A stretch of DNA of 64,000 nucleotides from positions 37,014,001-37,078,000 of the forward strand of contig NC_043005.1 of assembly GCF_006345805.1 (NCBI RefSeq), in the 5' to 3' direction. The notes beneath the pieces are model-generated. The model did not search any database and had not been told where the DNA came from. It saw nothing but the letters and a program-made list of their open reading frames with translations. Position 1 is the first letter of the stretch, and each line of letters starts with the position of its first letter. The DNA is from Octopus sinensis (Eukaryota). Positions 13,710 through 27,276 of this stretch are shown here, piece after piece. Both the position numbers and the translations under genes were made by a program.

Positions 13710-14010
13710 ATTATTCAGTTTTATTTCAAGATTTCTTACTAATCGAGAAAGCCTCGGCTTCTAACCAAGATCCAAGGCCCCTTCATTGAAATTTCACCGT
13801 TAACAAGGTATTTTTGCGTGTTTCTGTGTATATGTGTAGTATCTGGAGTCAGTGCATGTGTAGATTTCTATGTTTTGTTGTATGTATGTCTTCTCATCTA
13901 TATAATTGCATATCTTGACATGCACGTATATACTTAAATTATAATCATTTGGAAAGTTTTGCAAATTTTTATGTATGTATATGCGTACTTCTATGCGTAT
14001 ACGAACTGAG
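13710..14010 (-). mobile_element. 3' UTR of R4/Dong-type LINE subfamily B
   Basis: Shares ttcagttttatttcaa...gatccaaggc.ccttcattgaaatttca with 16707-16800 and 59765-59860. Confidence 0.75.
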
Positions 14011-14089
14011 GAAGTCATTAGACGGTCGGACAGATGGTACTACTGTCAGTATTCTGGCTCTCTGATTTCCAGTCCCGTTAAGATTTTAC

Positions 14090-14202
14090 CTTTCATTATT
14101 CCGAGATCGATATATAGGATACCAGTTCTTGACTTGGGCTGAATCTTTTCCGTCTTTCTGTATATTTTCATTTGTTTTGGAAGAAATTGACTGTAGTGAG
14201 AC
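14090..14202 (-). CDS. candidate internal exon of an unidentified gene
   Basis: Acceptor cccgtttctctccag, donor GAAAG|gtaaaa; two of three frames open, one giving VSLQSISSKTNENIQKDGKDSAQVKNWYPIYRSRNNE; no confirmed homology. Confidence 0.3.
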
Positions 14203-14899
14203 CTGGAGAGAAACGGGCTCAGCCAGGTATAGAACTTAACCAAGTTATATAAAAATAATGCCCTTATGACTCTGTCAAAAATCTGAGCCTCAAAGCATAT
14301 ACATATATCTACACACGCGCGTACACACATACACACACACACATATACACAGACGCACGTGCGCGTGCACACACACACACACACACGTATGGAGACAGAC
14401 ACTCAAATAAATACAAGTATATGAAATACCATGCAACAAAAATTCTTGGTTTATTAAAATTATCTCCACCTTTAGGGCATGTATTAATTACCAAATGTCA
14501 ATTATAATCAGCTCCACTTGCGAAAGGGAAATTATCTAAAGACGTGAGAATTCTCCGAAACTGATACACCATTGAGGAAGAGGACAAGTTTATAGTCTAT
14601 ACATAAGTGGAATGTCATAGACATGGGTTTCTGCCTTAATAGACGTCATCATCATCACTATAGCCCTAACCTGTCACGAAACATATGCAAAAAGGGTAAA
14701 ACATATTTATGGCCAACGTAATTTGCATAATTTAAGCAAAAGTGAGCTAAGAGAAATAGTTCAGACTGGTTAGTGGTGTGTATTTGACCAGACAAATACA
14801 AGTATGTCAAGTAAGATACAACATAATTCTTTATTTAAAAAAAGAAAGCAAACAATTGGCTCCGAAAGTTGGAAATGCAATGGTGACTTCTGTGGGATT

Positions 14900-14975
14900 T
14901 CAGTTTAAAGTGTTGAAGACCAGAATAAATACCGCAATGCATCCTATTCTCAACGATTCTGCCAGTTGACTTTCT
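14900..14975 (-). mobile_element. SINE head fragment
   Basis: Reverse complement contains caactggcagaatcgttgag...gcggtatttattc. Confidence 0.55.
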
Positions 14976-15066
14976 TCGCCACTATTACTATTATCAGTAA
15001 GAGTACCGCCATCGTTTGTATTGATAGTTTATAGACGCGCGCACACACACATGTGTGTATATATAT

Positions 15067-15131
<65 letters not shown>

Positions 15132-15203
15132 GTTTGTATATATATATATGTATATATATATATATGTGTGTGTATGTATATATATGTATATATATATATG
15201 TAT

Positions 15204-15257
<54 letters not shown>

Positions 15258-15608
15258 TATATATATATGCCAACGAGGTCTCTTGTCACCACCATCACCT
15301 TCACCATCATGAATGTTGTTGCGAACCGATTGCAATTCAATGGGACCACAACAAAGTCTCAATGTTCAGAGAAAATAATCTACCCTAAGGAGCGTGTAAA
15401 GGGGGAATAAAGCGACAAGAGAAGCTAGAAATGAAAAACAATATAATATATAAAAGCAAGTAACGAGAAGAACAGCAATAATATTATCAACAAAAACAAT
15501 AACAGGAACAAAAGCAAAATCCGAGGCTAAGAAAATCGATAAAAGGAACAACAACAATAAAAACAGCAGCAAAGGTTTAGGCAAAAATAAACAAGACAAC
15601 AAGTGTGT

Positions 15609-15657
<49 letters not shown>

Positions 15658-16706
15658 ATAGAGAAATTGTTGCTGAATCGAGCAATTCTGAGGCTTGTAT
15701 GTTACATCAAAGTCCTAATATCATTGGCAGTTAGGAGGTGAAGAGAGAGGGAGAAGTGAGAAAGATAGCATGGAATAAGCAGGGGGGGTAAGGAATCAAA
15801 CAATGAGAGAGAGAGAGAGAGAGAGGGAGTAAAAGTGAGAGTCAGTTTGAGACGAAGTAAGATCGAAGAAGCGAGAAAGGGAAGAATGAGAGTAAAATTG
15901 AAAGCTGGTTTGAGAGGAGGTCCGAACGAACATAAAAAAGAGGGGATGAACATAAAAGATTAGAGAAGGTATATATATGTGTGTATGTTGTGTGTGCATG
16001 TATGTGTATGTGTATGCATGCATATATGTGTGCATGTATGTGTGCATGTATGTGTATGCATGTATATATGTGTGCATGTATGTATTTGTGTATGCATGTA
16101 TATGTATGCACATATGTGTATGCCCATTCGGGCATTGGTTTCTGATTATCCTGGAGTACTAGCCTTCAAGGATTCGGTCGATCCTATCGACCCCCAGTAA
16201 TTCAGTCGGACATATAAACTAATAGTTAATATTTTTCGAGCTGCTAGCTTACGAGACATAAAAGAATGCAATATAAAAGACAGACAGAGATGCAAACTCA
16301 TGAATATCCATAAAAACACCACATTTGGCCCATCATCCAATCTCCGGTCAGTTGACGATCAGAATGTAGACTCTACGCGACAGATCTCGTCAGGATTACA
16401 CGTTTTAAGTTAAAAATTTTTTTTTTCCTTTCCACGTTTCCTTCTCTTCTGTTCAACTGTCCGAAGAAAAAAAATAACCAAAACGTTTAAGAAACTAACT
16501 CTTTTCTGAGTGGCAATCTAATATTACTGATTGAGGATTTTAGTCGTCTTCTGTATTTCGTTTTTTTGTTAACTAAATATATGTGCGTGCGCGCATGCAT
16601 GTGACGCACTGTGTTCTGTAAAGGGCTTTATTTCATATTGCTCTAGTCAACTAGAGATGAGTACCAGCCCATTACTAATACTATATATGTATGGTATGTA
16701 CGTAGT

Positions 16707-18599
16707 TATTCAGTTTTATTTCAAAATTTCTTGCCAATAGAGAAAGAGCCGGTTTATAACCTAGATCCAAGGCTCCTTCATTGAAATTTCAGCATCAACA
16801 ACAGGATATTTTTGTATGTATGTATGTATGTATGTATGTATGTATGTATGTATGTATGTATGTATGTATTTATGTATGTATGTATGTATACGTACAAGTT
16901 TGTATGGTTTGCTTTATGTGTGTCTTCTTATGCATATACTTGTATATCTAGATATGTTCATATATACTTAAATGATAAACTTCTGGAAAGTTTTAAAGAT
17001 TTTTACAGTTCCAGTGATGTCTTGGAGTTGTACTCTTCAAATCAGTTTTCTCCTTTCTGGTTTTGAGAAGCCTAATATCTCAAGATTAGTATTTAGGCAA
17101 TGTGTTACACATCCTTGTGCTCCAATTATTACAGGTGTAAAACTGAACTGGATAGAGTAACTGCAGATTTCTCAGTAGTTTAGCATAGGTATTCTCTTTA
17201 TGTTAACATAGGTATTCAGCTTTATGTTAACATCCGTTGGGTAGCTAATTTCCACAACTGTACACAGTTTATCTATCTATCTTATCTATCCCAAATCATT
17301 ATATCAGGTCTATCAGGTCTATTGTCTCTACCTTTTATTGAGGTCGTCACTGGGACATTCCACCAGTTCTCCTTTTTATTATGATTGGCTATGGTTTCCA
17401 CCATATTGTGGGTCCTTATGTCTTTGTCCTCGGGGTTATCCTTTCGACGGATCTCGTTATATAGCTACAACCATCGTCTCCTCGGTAGATAATGCTGTGA
17501 TGACGTTTCTGGACAACTGCTTATGATGTGAGTGACATCTTTGGTGTTAACTCCACAAAGTCTGCATCGGTTGTCACATTTTACTGCTTTTCCTGCATCT
17601 CTATCCCTTTTGTGCATCAGGTATTTGGTTGATATTTCCTGTTCTTGGATTGGAAACGCATACCCTTCAAAGTGAGTGGTAGTAATCCGGTTCTTGGTCC
17701 TTGATAGACAGCTTTGATAATCAATGTTATTATCGTCTCTGAACTCCCTACTAACATATCCATGCATGATCTTCTTATCATATGCACCCATCCTTTCATC
17801 TGATGATACGTTGCAGTAGAATCGTGCGACTTCTTTGGGCATGTGTCTAAGGTTATGAGACAAGGAAAGCTGTCAAGGAGCTGCCTTCCAAGTTTTATCA
17901 GGTTATCCACCTCATGTATGTAAACTTGGTCGAGGGACGCACTGCGATACGTCATGGTTAAATGATTTTGCCGAAGGGATATGACACGACATTCAAAGGC
18001 AGATTGAATCGCTCTTAAGCCTCTGCTGCCTTGTTTTCGTTTTAGGTAGAGGCGGTTTATGTGTGCTTGTTAATATCTTCAGAGTTTTCACATCAATGGC
18101 TCGGATCTCATCAAGTGTCCAATCAAGCACCCCAAATGTTGGTATCAATACTGGCATTGCAACAACATCGTGGGCCATTGTTTTATTGAATACAGAGTTA
18201 CGAGGTTCAAATTTTCTTTATTCGGCTGTAGTATTCCGTAGTGACACGTGTTTTATTACAGGTGCCATTGTAAGATATGTTTTCATCCACCCCGAGATAC
18301 CTGTAACATCAGATCTAACGGAAACAGTTAAGTTATTGATAGAACTGTTGCTAGTCTGGTTTACCGTTTTCCCTTTTCACAAACATGTAGCAACATTTAT
18401 TCTGACCAAACTCCAACCCTATATCATTTGAGAATGTTGTAACCAGGTCACAGGCTCTATTTCATCTCGTGCATATTCTTTGCATAGAGTTTCAAGTCAT
18501 CCAAAAAGAAAAAAGAAACAATTTGTAATTTTGTTATTTCTGTTTTCTTGTGAATCAGCGAGATATCCTTCAGTCTTCTTTAACATGAATGACAAGGAG
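16707..18599 (-). pseudogene. R4/Dong-type LINE subfamily B, 5'-truncated: RT end, CCHC finger, REL endonuclease, 3' UTR with (CATA)n
   Basis: FLDDLKLYAK (RT), CRLCGVNTKDVTHIISSCP (CCHC), RPDIMIWD (REL), PVIIGAQG...TGTVKIFKTF*; many stops and frameshifts. Confidence 0.85.
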
Positions 18600-18714
18600 T
18601 ATGTATGTATGTATGTATGTATGTATGTATGTATGTATGTATGTATGTATGCATGTATGTATGTATGTACGTATGTATGTATGTATGTATGTGTGTATGT
18701 ATGTATGTATGTAT

Positions 18715-18811
18715 ATGTGTATTTGGAATTAGAACTCAGAACGTTGAAACAGGCGAAATGCAACTCAGTATTTTCTTCTGTGTCCTAACAGTTTTGCCAG
18801 CTCACAGCCTC
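18715..18811 (-). mobile_element. SINE family 1 head
   Basis: Reverse complement gagctggcaaaactgttagg...cgttctgagttc. Confidence 0.6.
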
Positions 18812-18880
<69 letters not shown>

Positions 18881-19275
18881 TCCTCGCGATCATAATATAG
18901 CGGTGAAAGAATTTGACCAAATCAATAAATATAAAGACTTGCAAATAGAAACTGAAAACAGTACCAGTGATTGTAGGATCTCTAGAAATGATACAAAAAA
19001 GGTACTGAAACCTATTTGAATATGATACCAGGCTTCCCATCCCTACAGGAAGTGCAAAAAATCGTGTTAACTGGAACGACTCATGTACTGAGAAGAGCAT
19101 TATCGCTGATATGAATTTATTTATTTATTGATTTTTTTTAAATACACATTTTACCTGTGATTTTGCGTTTGTAATCTGGGAATGTATACTGTGAGCTTCT
19201 CTGCCCAAGGTGTACGGAAAACACCCGGCGAGAAATGGAGGAAAATTTGAAGACAGAAGGAAAACAAGCAAAAAT
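18881..19275 (+). mobile_element. R4/Dong-type LINE subfamily A, 3' end, between (AAT)n-type tracts
   Basis: Homologous to 40640-41060 (aaagaatttgac...caggaagtgcaaaaaatcgtgttaactgg...gagaagagcatt). Confidence 0.85.
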
Positions 19276-19329
19276 AATAATGATGATAATGATGATGATG
19301 ATCATCATCATCATCATCATCATCATCAT

Positions 19330-22300
19330 TTGAGTATTAACTCTTAAAGTTGACATCATGAAATTCTAGCGTTGAATTTGGTAAAAACAAAAGCGGATTA
19401 CTGACAAGTAGACAAACATTTAACTTTATCCCAGCAGCCAATCAAATATTATATATTTAAGCTGGTTCTATATTGTAATTCCATTTACCTATGGAAACGA
19501 TAGAAATATTCTCTTTTATATTCCATGTACCTTCAAGATTAATGCTTATCTAACACTGACTTGTATTTTAGTTATTCTAATTATTTGGCTACGATTTGTG
19601 TGTGGTTTTTTTTTATGTCGCTTTATTTAATGTGGAGTATCAACTATTTTAAAATTAACTTAGTGAACACACTGTAAACAAAGAAAACATAACTAATATT
19701 GAGATATCGTGATTTTTAGATTAAAATAAAATAATAAAGGAAATATAGAATTAAAAAAGAAATCGAAAGAGATAAAGAGAGATAAATACAGATATCATAG
19801 ATTTGTAACAGAATTAACACAAGTCTAGCTGCAATAGCCTTATCGATACTGGCAACAACAACAACAACAACAATAACAACAAGAACAGGGATGATATTAT
19901 CAATAATACAAGTAACAATAATAGCAAGAACGTAAATACCCAAATGGAAACAAGCAGAACAAGATTAATAATAACAACAACTATGGTGGAAAAAATAAGT
20001 TGTGAGCGAAACAAAACAAAAAAAAAACATAGCTATAGCCATAAATAGTAAGAGTTGCACTAACGAAACTATATGAAATATCAACTGTAATGAAACCAGT
20101 CAATAACTACAATAACTACGTAAGCAACAATAACAACATCTACAGCTTCATCTGCAGCAGCAACGACAAAAGTAATATTACTATTAACGAAGTTATAATT
20201 AACTGCAACAGAAATCACAATAACACTATGTCAACATCAACAACAACTTTAACAATAAAGACACCAGTGACAATAAAAAATATATCAACAACAGCAACAA
20301 CAACCACATCAAGAACATACGATAAATGCCATCTGCTGTAACTAGCAATAAACGAAAGCAGCTACATTGAGACAATGAGGAAATCTCTACTTGGTTTATC
20401 CGCTAGTTGCTAGAAATAGCAACCATATCTCCTTTGAATTGTTCTGTACAGTCTTGAAAAATGAAGGGCACATTGGATAACATGCTTTTAAATGTACTGT
20501 AGCAGGAAGATTCAGCAATCATCCGATGTCGTGATTCTCTGGAATATAACCCACGTGATCAACAAAATCTAGCCAATCACAACTTTGAGTGAAATTGGCT
20601 CCAGAGATGATTTCCACTTTTGGCACACTTCTTTCTAAACCTAACCATCAGTATAAATTCAGTACACCTTGTCTATTTGACAGAGAACTTTGAAAGAGCT
20701 TTGGGATGTAGCAGAAAGAACGTTGAGAGACAGTAGAGGTGAGATGGCAGAAAGACAATAAACAAACGCGGATAGCTGCAGACAACCACAATGAATGATC
20801 GGTGACAGCAACGTGACGACCAGCAGCTAACTTTTTGACTACAATCACAATTAAACCACAATTAATTAAACCCAAACTCACGCAACATTTGTCATTCATT
20901 ATAATGATAGTATTTGATTTTGTGTACGAAAAAGTTCAAAGTTTTGTTCGTGAAATATCGTAACCTCCTCTAGTGTTCATCTCCGTACAATACTCTGTCT
21001 GATAAAATTACTGGAGTGTCACAGTTGGAATATATCTGAAAGTAGATTTGGACAAAATCGTTAACCTCTATGTTAACTATAACACCTGCCTGTTGTTACG
21101 GCACCTGTAATACAACTAATTGTGAGATCAGCACCAATCTTTATAACGAGGGTGGGTCATGCCATTTTGTTTAGGACAGGTTTAATGACCAGCACAGGAA
21201 CATGTATCATACTTCAAAATGAAGCTGGTTCTCAACATAGTCTTCTCAACATAGTCACCGTTTCTCTCAATAGCAATGTTCCACCTTCGAATAAGAGCAT
21301 GTGCGAAGCTGAGTCAAAAAGTAATGCCATTTTGTTTAGGACAGGTTTAATGACCAGCACAGGAACATGTATCATACTTCAAAATGAAGCTGGTTCTCTG
21401 TGTATCACATCCCTACTTCTCAACATAGTCACCGTTTCTCTCAATAACAATGTTCCAACTTCGAATGAGAGCATGTATCCCTGCCCTGTAAAATTCTGTT
21501 GACTGTTCTTTGAGCCACTTCTTAATTAGTTTTTACTTCCACGTCACTGGAATAATGTTTGCCTCTCAAAGCCTCTTTCATGGGGCCGAAGAGATGATAG
21601 TCCGAAGGCGCTAAATCATGTGAATGTGGACGTAGTGAAGAAGTGGCTCAAAGAACAGTCAACTGAATTTTACAGGGCAGGGATACATGCTCTCATTCGA
21701 AGGTGAAACATTGCTATTGAAAGAAACGGTGACTGAGTTGAGAAGTAGGGATATGATCCACAGAGTACCAGCTTCATTTTGATGTATGATACATGTTACT
21801 GCGTTGGTAATTGTATCTGTCCTAAACAAAATGGCATTACTTTTTACTTCACCCTCGTATTTATATGTTTCACAACATAGATCTTAGTTACAATATATGT
21901 AACACAGCCAGATGCAATATCAATATCTATCTATTGTAAAAAAAAAAGTGTGTAACACAACTAAAGTAACGTCAACACACATCTACAGGAACAATATGTT
22001 TAACGCAACAGACTCTAATATCAATAAAAATATCTATCGTAAAAATATATACAACACGACCAACTGCGGTATACACAATCAATAGTAACATCATTTATAA
22101 TAAAAGCAGCAGCATCACCTGTCAATAGTAACCATCTTTAACATTAACACTGATCTTTAGTAACATATATGTTACACCACTAACTGTAGCATCAGCACCA
22201 GTTTATAGTACCACTATGTGTAAGGTATTTCTACATTTGTATATTTATTTCCTTTAATTACATTTGTATATATTACTTACATTTGTATACTTATACACTA

Positions 22301-24211
22301 CTCTTATACTTGCATGTCATCGCATGTCATCCATATTTTTTTCCACTTGCATATTTACAAATCTTCGTTCACCATCTTCGTTATTTCTCATCAGTTTCTC
22401 TTCGTCAACTGGCAAAAACACTCTCTTCATTATTACAATTATTTTACGCAAAACTATTATACGGTCAACTAAGATATTTTTCGACTCAGTATTATCTAAT
22501 CAAAACTTTTGTCTACATATTCCAACGCTTTCTCTCTATGTACTTTGAAATATCTTATTTACCATTTTTCATACTCTTTTAAGCTCGAAAGCAAGAGGCT
22601 GAGAGAAACGATTTGTGAATTTTCAGTTTTGTTTTGCATAGTTGTAGGATTTTTCGTCAATTATTATGTTGTTGTTTTTTTAGCGTTTTATGTCCAGTGT
22701 GAGCTATGTTATATAGCTCGATGGTGGTTGCTGTGTTTCGAATTGCGATTTGTTTGAATGCCTTATTGTAGCGACAGTCTAATACATTTGAATAGAGGAA
22801 TCGCTTGAGCGCCAGGAAAATTGCTTACATTATATGTTCCATGTTTTTACACTGTGGGTTTAAATACCAACGAGATCATCTTCACCCATTATGTCACTGG
22901 GTCGATAAAATAAAGTACTAATCTTGCACTAAGGTTGATCATGTCAACTAACTATTCACGGCGAAGCTATTAGCCTTCTGTCTAAATTAGGAGCCATTAT
23001 TAGATGTTACTACTTGTACGGAGCAATTTTCACATATATATTCCAACGGTGGCATTCCCATCTTTCCCTCAGATGTGTTTCTGTGACTACATTTCCTAAT
23101 GTAATCTTCCTCCCTTTTTGTTTTTAAGCGGTAGGGAGTAATTCAAATACTTGGCTGCTATAACTAGTTGCTACTATTATGGCTGCTATTCTGCTATGCA
23201 TGGATGTTACCATCTGTTGTTGTTGTTATTGTTGCTGCTGCTGCTGTTGTTGATATATTTTATTGACACTGGTGTTTTTATTGTCAAATTTTTTTTTATT
23301 GATGTTGACATAGTGTTATTGTGATTTCTGTTGCAGTTAATTATAATTTCATTAATAGAGATATTACCTTTGTTGTGGCTGCTGCCGATGAAGCTGTAGA
23401 TACTGTTGTTGTTGTTGTTGTTGTTGTTGTTTGCATTATTGTAGTTATTGTTGACTATGTGTTCATTACAGTTGTTGTTTCATATGGTTTCGTTAGTACA
23501 ACTCTTTTACTGTTTATGGCTACGTTGTTTCGCTCACAACCATTATTTTTCCCCCCATTGTTGTTGTTATTATTCTTGTTCTGCTTGTTTCCATTTGGAT
23601 ATTTGCTTTCTTGTTGCTATTATTGTTGTTTTTTATTATTGCTAATATCATTCCTATCCTTATTATTATTGTTATTGTTGCCAGTATCGATATGGCTATT
23701 GCAGCTAGACTTGTGTTAATTCTGTTACAAATCTATGATATCTGTATTTATCTCTCTTTATCTCTTTCGATTTCTTTTTTTAATTCTATATTTCCTTTAT
23801 TATTTTATTTTAATCTAAAAATCACGATATCTCAATATTAGTTATGTTTTCTTTGTTTACAGTGTGTTCACTAAGTTAATTTTAAAATCGTTGATACTCC
23901 ACATTAAATAAAGCGACATAAAAACCACACACAAATCGTAGCCAAATAATTAGAACTACTAAAATACAAGCCAGTGTTAGATAAGCATTAATCTTGAAGG
24001 TACATAGGATATAAAAGAGAATATTTCTATCGTTTCCATAGGTAAATGGTATTACAATATAGAAACAGCTTAAATATGTAATATTAGATTGGTTGGTGGA
24101 ATATAGTTAAATGTTTGTCTGCTTGTCAGTTATATGTCTGTAATCCGCTTTTGCTTTTACCAACATCAACGCTAGAATTTCATGATGTCAACTTTAAGAG
24201 TTAATACTCAA
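19330..24211. repeat. long inverted repeat: arms ~19330-20305 and ~23215-24211, spacer ~2.9 kb
   Basis: tgagtattaactcttaaagttgacatcatgaaattctagcgttg... mirrored by ...caacgctagaatttcatgatgtcaactttaagagttaatactca; long stretches match exactly. Confidence 0.92.
21147..21857. mobile_element. mariner (DD34D) derived palindromic element built from transposase 3' ends
   Basis: Termini cgagggtg...caccctcg with TA at or next to both ends; minus strand 21623->21520 encodes SHDLAPSDYHLFGPMKEALRGKHYSSDVEVKT; plus strand 21630-21745 encodes VKKWLKEQSTEFYRAGIHALIRR*NIAIERNGD*VEK*. Confidence 0.88.
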
Positions 24212-24228
24212 TTACTATTATTATTATT

Positions 24229-24260
<32 letters not shown>

Positions 24261-24517
24261 ATTTTACTTCTCAGAGCACTCGTTCTTACTTGCTCTGGTT
24301 GATTTTGTGAGAGTGGACAGCAACCTGTTTGTTTCAAAGGTTTATCAGCGACTCCCAGAGTCTCCTTCTCTGAATCATAAGACTTGATACATAAATGTTA
24401 GATATCGTGGAATATAGTTAACGCTCAAGTACCCATCTCAAAATCCCCGCTGTACCCAACAGAGTAGCTTTGTGAGTATGTTCCACCCTCATTATTATCA
24501 CCATTATGATTACTATT

Positions 24518-24599
<82 letters not shown>

Positions 24600-24655
24600 C
24601 AGCAGTAGTAGTAGTAGTAGTAGTAGTAAGTAGTAGTAGTAGTAGTAGTAGTAGT

Positions 24656-24701
<46 letters not shown>

Positions 24702-24789
24702 ATAGTAGTAGTAGTAGTAGTAGTAGTGTAGTAGTAGTAGTAGTAGTTTAAAAGCTATTACATGCTAATATAATTAACAAGGATATTAT

Positions 24790-25255
24790 CTTGAGGTTTG
24801 GAGACATGCCTCCTCAAATTTCAAGAGTCTTTCTCGGGATTCCTGCAGAATGTTTCACTTTTCTGCAGGCCAACAATACAAGTCTTATCTTCAATACCCT
24901 TCGTCGTGTTAGGTAGCAGTTTAGTTGTACCAAATTCCTTAATTACTACACGATCAATTGTTAACTTAGTTTTTCCACAATCTCTTTACCTCTCTGGCTA
25001 GGTCCTGATATTTCTTAATTTTTCAATATATTTGGCATCCAGTTTGTAACCATATGGTTTGCAAGGCATATGACTTTAATACTGTTTGGTTCTTTTATCC
25101 TCTAAATTAATTTCTGGTCAGTCCTATGGGGAAGTCCCATAAAATCCTAACGTATTATTCTCTGTCCACATCTCGCTCATGTTCATGCCACTTTTTGCTA
25201 CCTTCAGTCCACACACTCGTCTCACTTCCCACTACACCCTGTTGACCAGCGCTTA
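24790..25255 (-). mobile_element. old R4/Dong-type LINE 3' relic
   Basis: Minus strand KKYQDLA...TIDRVVIKEFGTT...VGLQK resembles the REL C-terminus; heavily mutated. Confidence 0.5.
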
Positions 25256-25388
25256 TATTCCTTTTATGTTAACTTACTACATTTACTTAGATTGCTAATA
25301 CTTTTGTCTCCTTTTACACAAATTTTGCATTGGTTTTCTGACTTTCTTTTTATTAAGTTCATTCGTTCGTTCGTTGTTCTCCTCCTCC

Positions 25389-25419
<31 letters not shown>

Positions 25420-25496
25420 CCTCATCATCATCATCAGCCTCATCCCCCTTCTCCTCCTCCTCCTTCTTCTTTTTCTTCTCCGTTTCGTTTCGTTGA

Positions 25497-25601
25497 CTCT
25501 GCTTTTCTGCCTCTCGATGGCGATAAAATAAGTACCAGTTGACCACTGTAATCGATTCGTCTTCTCTCCAAATATTGCTGCCCTTCTGACAAAATTTGAA
25601 A

Positions 25602-25605
<4 letters not shown>
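25497..25605 (+). mobile_element. SINE family 1, 3' half, with (ATT)n tail
   Basis: gataaaataagtaccagttg...aaaatttgaaatcattattatt. Confidence 0.7.
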
Positions 25606-25657
<52 letters not shown>

Positions 25658-25958
25658 GGCATCTTTACCTTTTGACCACCAGATTTTTAAAATAATTTTT
25701 TGTAACTAAACACTTTCAAACTTCGGACACTGGTAGAATGTGTTATATAAAACATCTTTTACTCTTACCAATTTTTAGAAAAACTTATATTTACGAAGTT
25801 ATTTCACGTTAAAGTTGTCCTATTTCGGTAATTTCAAGGAATCCATTCTAAGAGTAAAAGATGTTTTACATGACACATTCTACCAGTGTCCGAAGTTTGA
25901 AAGTTTTTAGTTGCAAAATATTATTTTTTTAAATCTGTCGGTCAAAAGGTAAAGATCC
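25658..25958. mobile_element. MITE-like fold-back element
   Basis: atctttaccttttgacc...ggtcaaaaggtaaagat termini; internal ctttcaaacttcggacactggtagaatgtgt mirrored. Confidence 0.8.
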
Positions 25959-26339
25959 TATTGTTGTCATTATTGTTGTTGTTACTATTGAATGTTGAAG
26001 TTAATGTAGGGTTTCTTTAGACCTTAATGGAAAATGAATTTTGAACTGGATTACCGTATGTAGGAAAAGGTTTGAAATTAATTAAACATGGAATACCAGA
26101 GGATTACTAGACCATAAATTATGTGTGTATGTGTGCCCACATACACACATATTGATTCATACATATTGGTTCATATCTGATTTTAATCAGGAGGGCAGAA
26201 CAATGTGGGAAACAATTTTTCTCAAATTAAAGATTTGGGTGGAACTCTTGCAATAGAATGGTGTCCGTTAGAGATAGTCAAAACCCAGGTGGTGGTGTTA
26301 AATTGGCTGACATCTTGAGTCCAGCAATTAAGTATGCCA

Positions 26340-26432
26340 AGAAGGGATTTGAACTCAAAACGCTAGGAATCGGAATAAATACTACAAGGCTTCCAGTCCG
26401 ACACTTTTTTACACTTTCACCAAGCCACCACC
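26340..26432 (-). mobile_element. SINE head fragment
   Basis: Reverse complement gtgtcggac...gccttgtagtatttattccg...ttttgagttcaaatccc. Confidence 0.5.
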
Positions 26433-27221
26433 CTGGATTAGTACCCTTATTTTATATTTTATTTTTAAACGATTTTGTCCCAAATAAGGCTTGAAACATT
26501 TGTAGTGTAAGGTACAATAAAGAAAGACAAGAAAGGGCCTGTAAACTCAAAGGATGTCAATTGCCAAAACATTTGAAGACTGATTATCATAGTCCAAGAG
26601 AATGTAGGACAATGGCTGTGAGTTTTAGAGAACAACAGTTGGAAGAAAGAAGCTATTAGAATAACAGGACTTAAGACTTACAGGAAACAAAACAGAAATA
26701 ATGCACCTGGGGAAGAATGGAAGGCAAACTTGGCCTCAACATAGAGTGTCAGAACTATTTGGATGAACCCCACCATCTTTGGTCAGATGCTTTGTTTACT
26801 GAAAGTGAAAGAAGTGGCCCGATGTATTCACCGAACTGCAGTTCACGGTTTGGAGGTTCATGACAGAATGCCTGTGCTACATAGTAGTTAGATGACCTTC
26901 TTATATAGCCCAACCATTTGAGTACTTCCCGTTTATCTGATTCACTCTGCAGTCATGACCGTCATATGAACATCATTATATCTACACCCGTTTCGTAATG
27001 ACACCCTTGTATAGTCGCCAAAAACATTATTTTAGATACTACGAGCCTACATGTCTCTCCATACATTTTATGTTCATGTTTCTGAGGTTTAGAACGTGAT
27101 AGAAAGAAGTACGTTAAGTATGTTGAACAGTTTCACATTGTGCAGCTCGCCGATATTCCGCCTGTTCTAGATTGTGATTTTTGTCTTCCGAAAGATGTTA
27201 TCTATCTTTTCATGCATTTTC

Positions 27222-27276
<55 letters not shown>

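Noticed and set aside
24288-24368. Minus-strand exon-like segment KETLGVADKPLKQTGCCPLSQNQPEQ with a gtaaga donor
   Set aside because: Weak acceptor, lies between microsatellites and may be an old retroelement fragment; not supportable
26560-26770. Possible old LINE RT trace (GNKTEIMHLG)
   Set aside because: Single short motif; too degraded to delimit or classify
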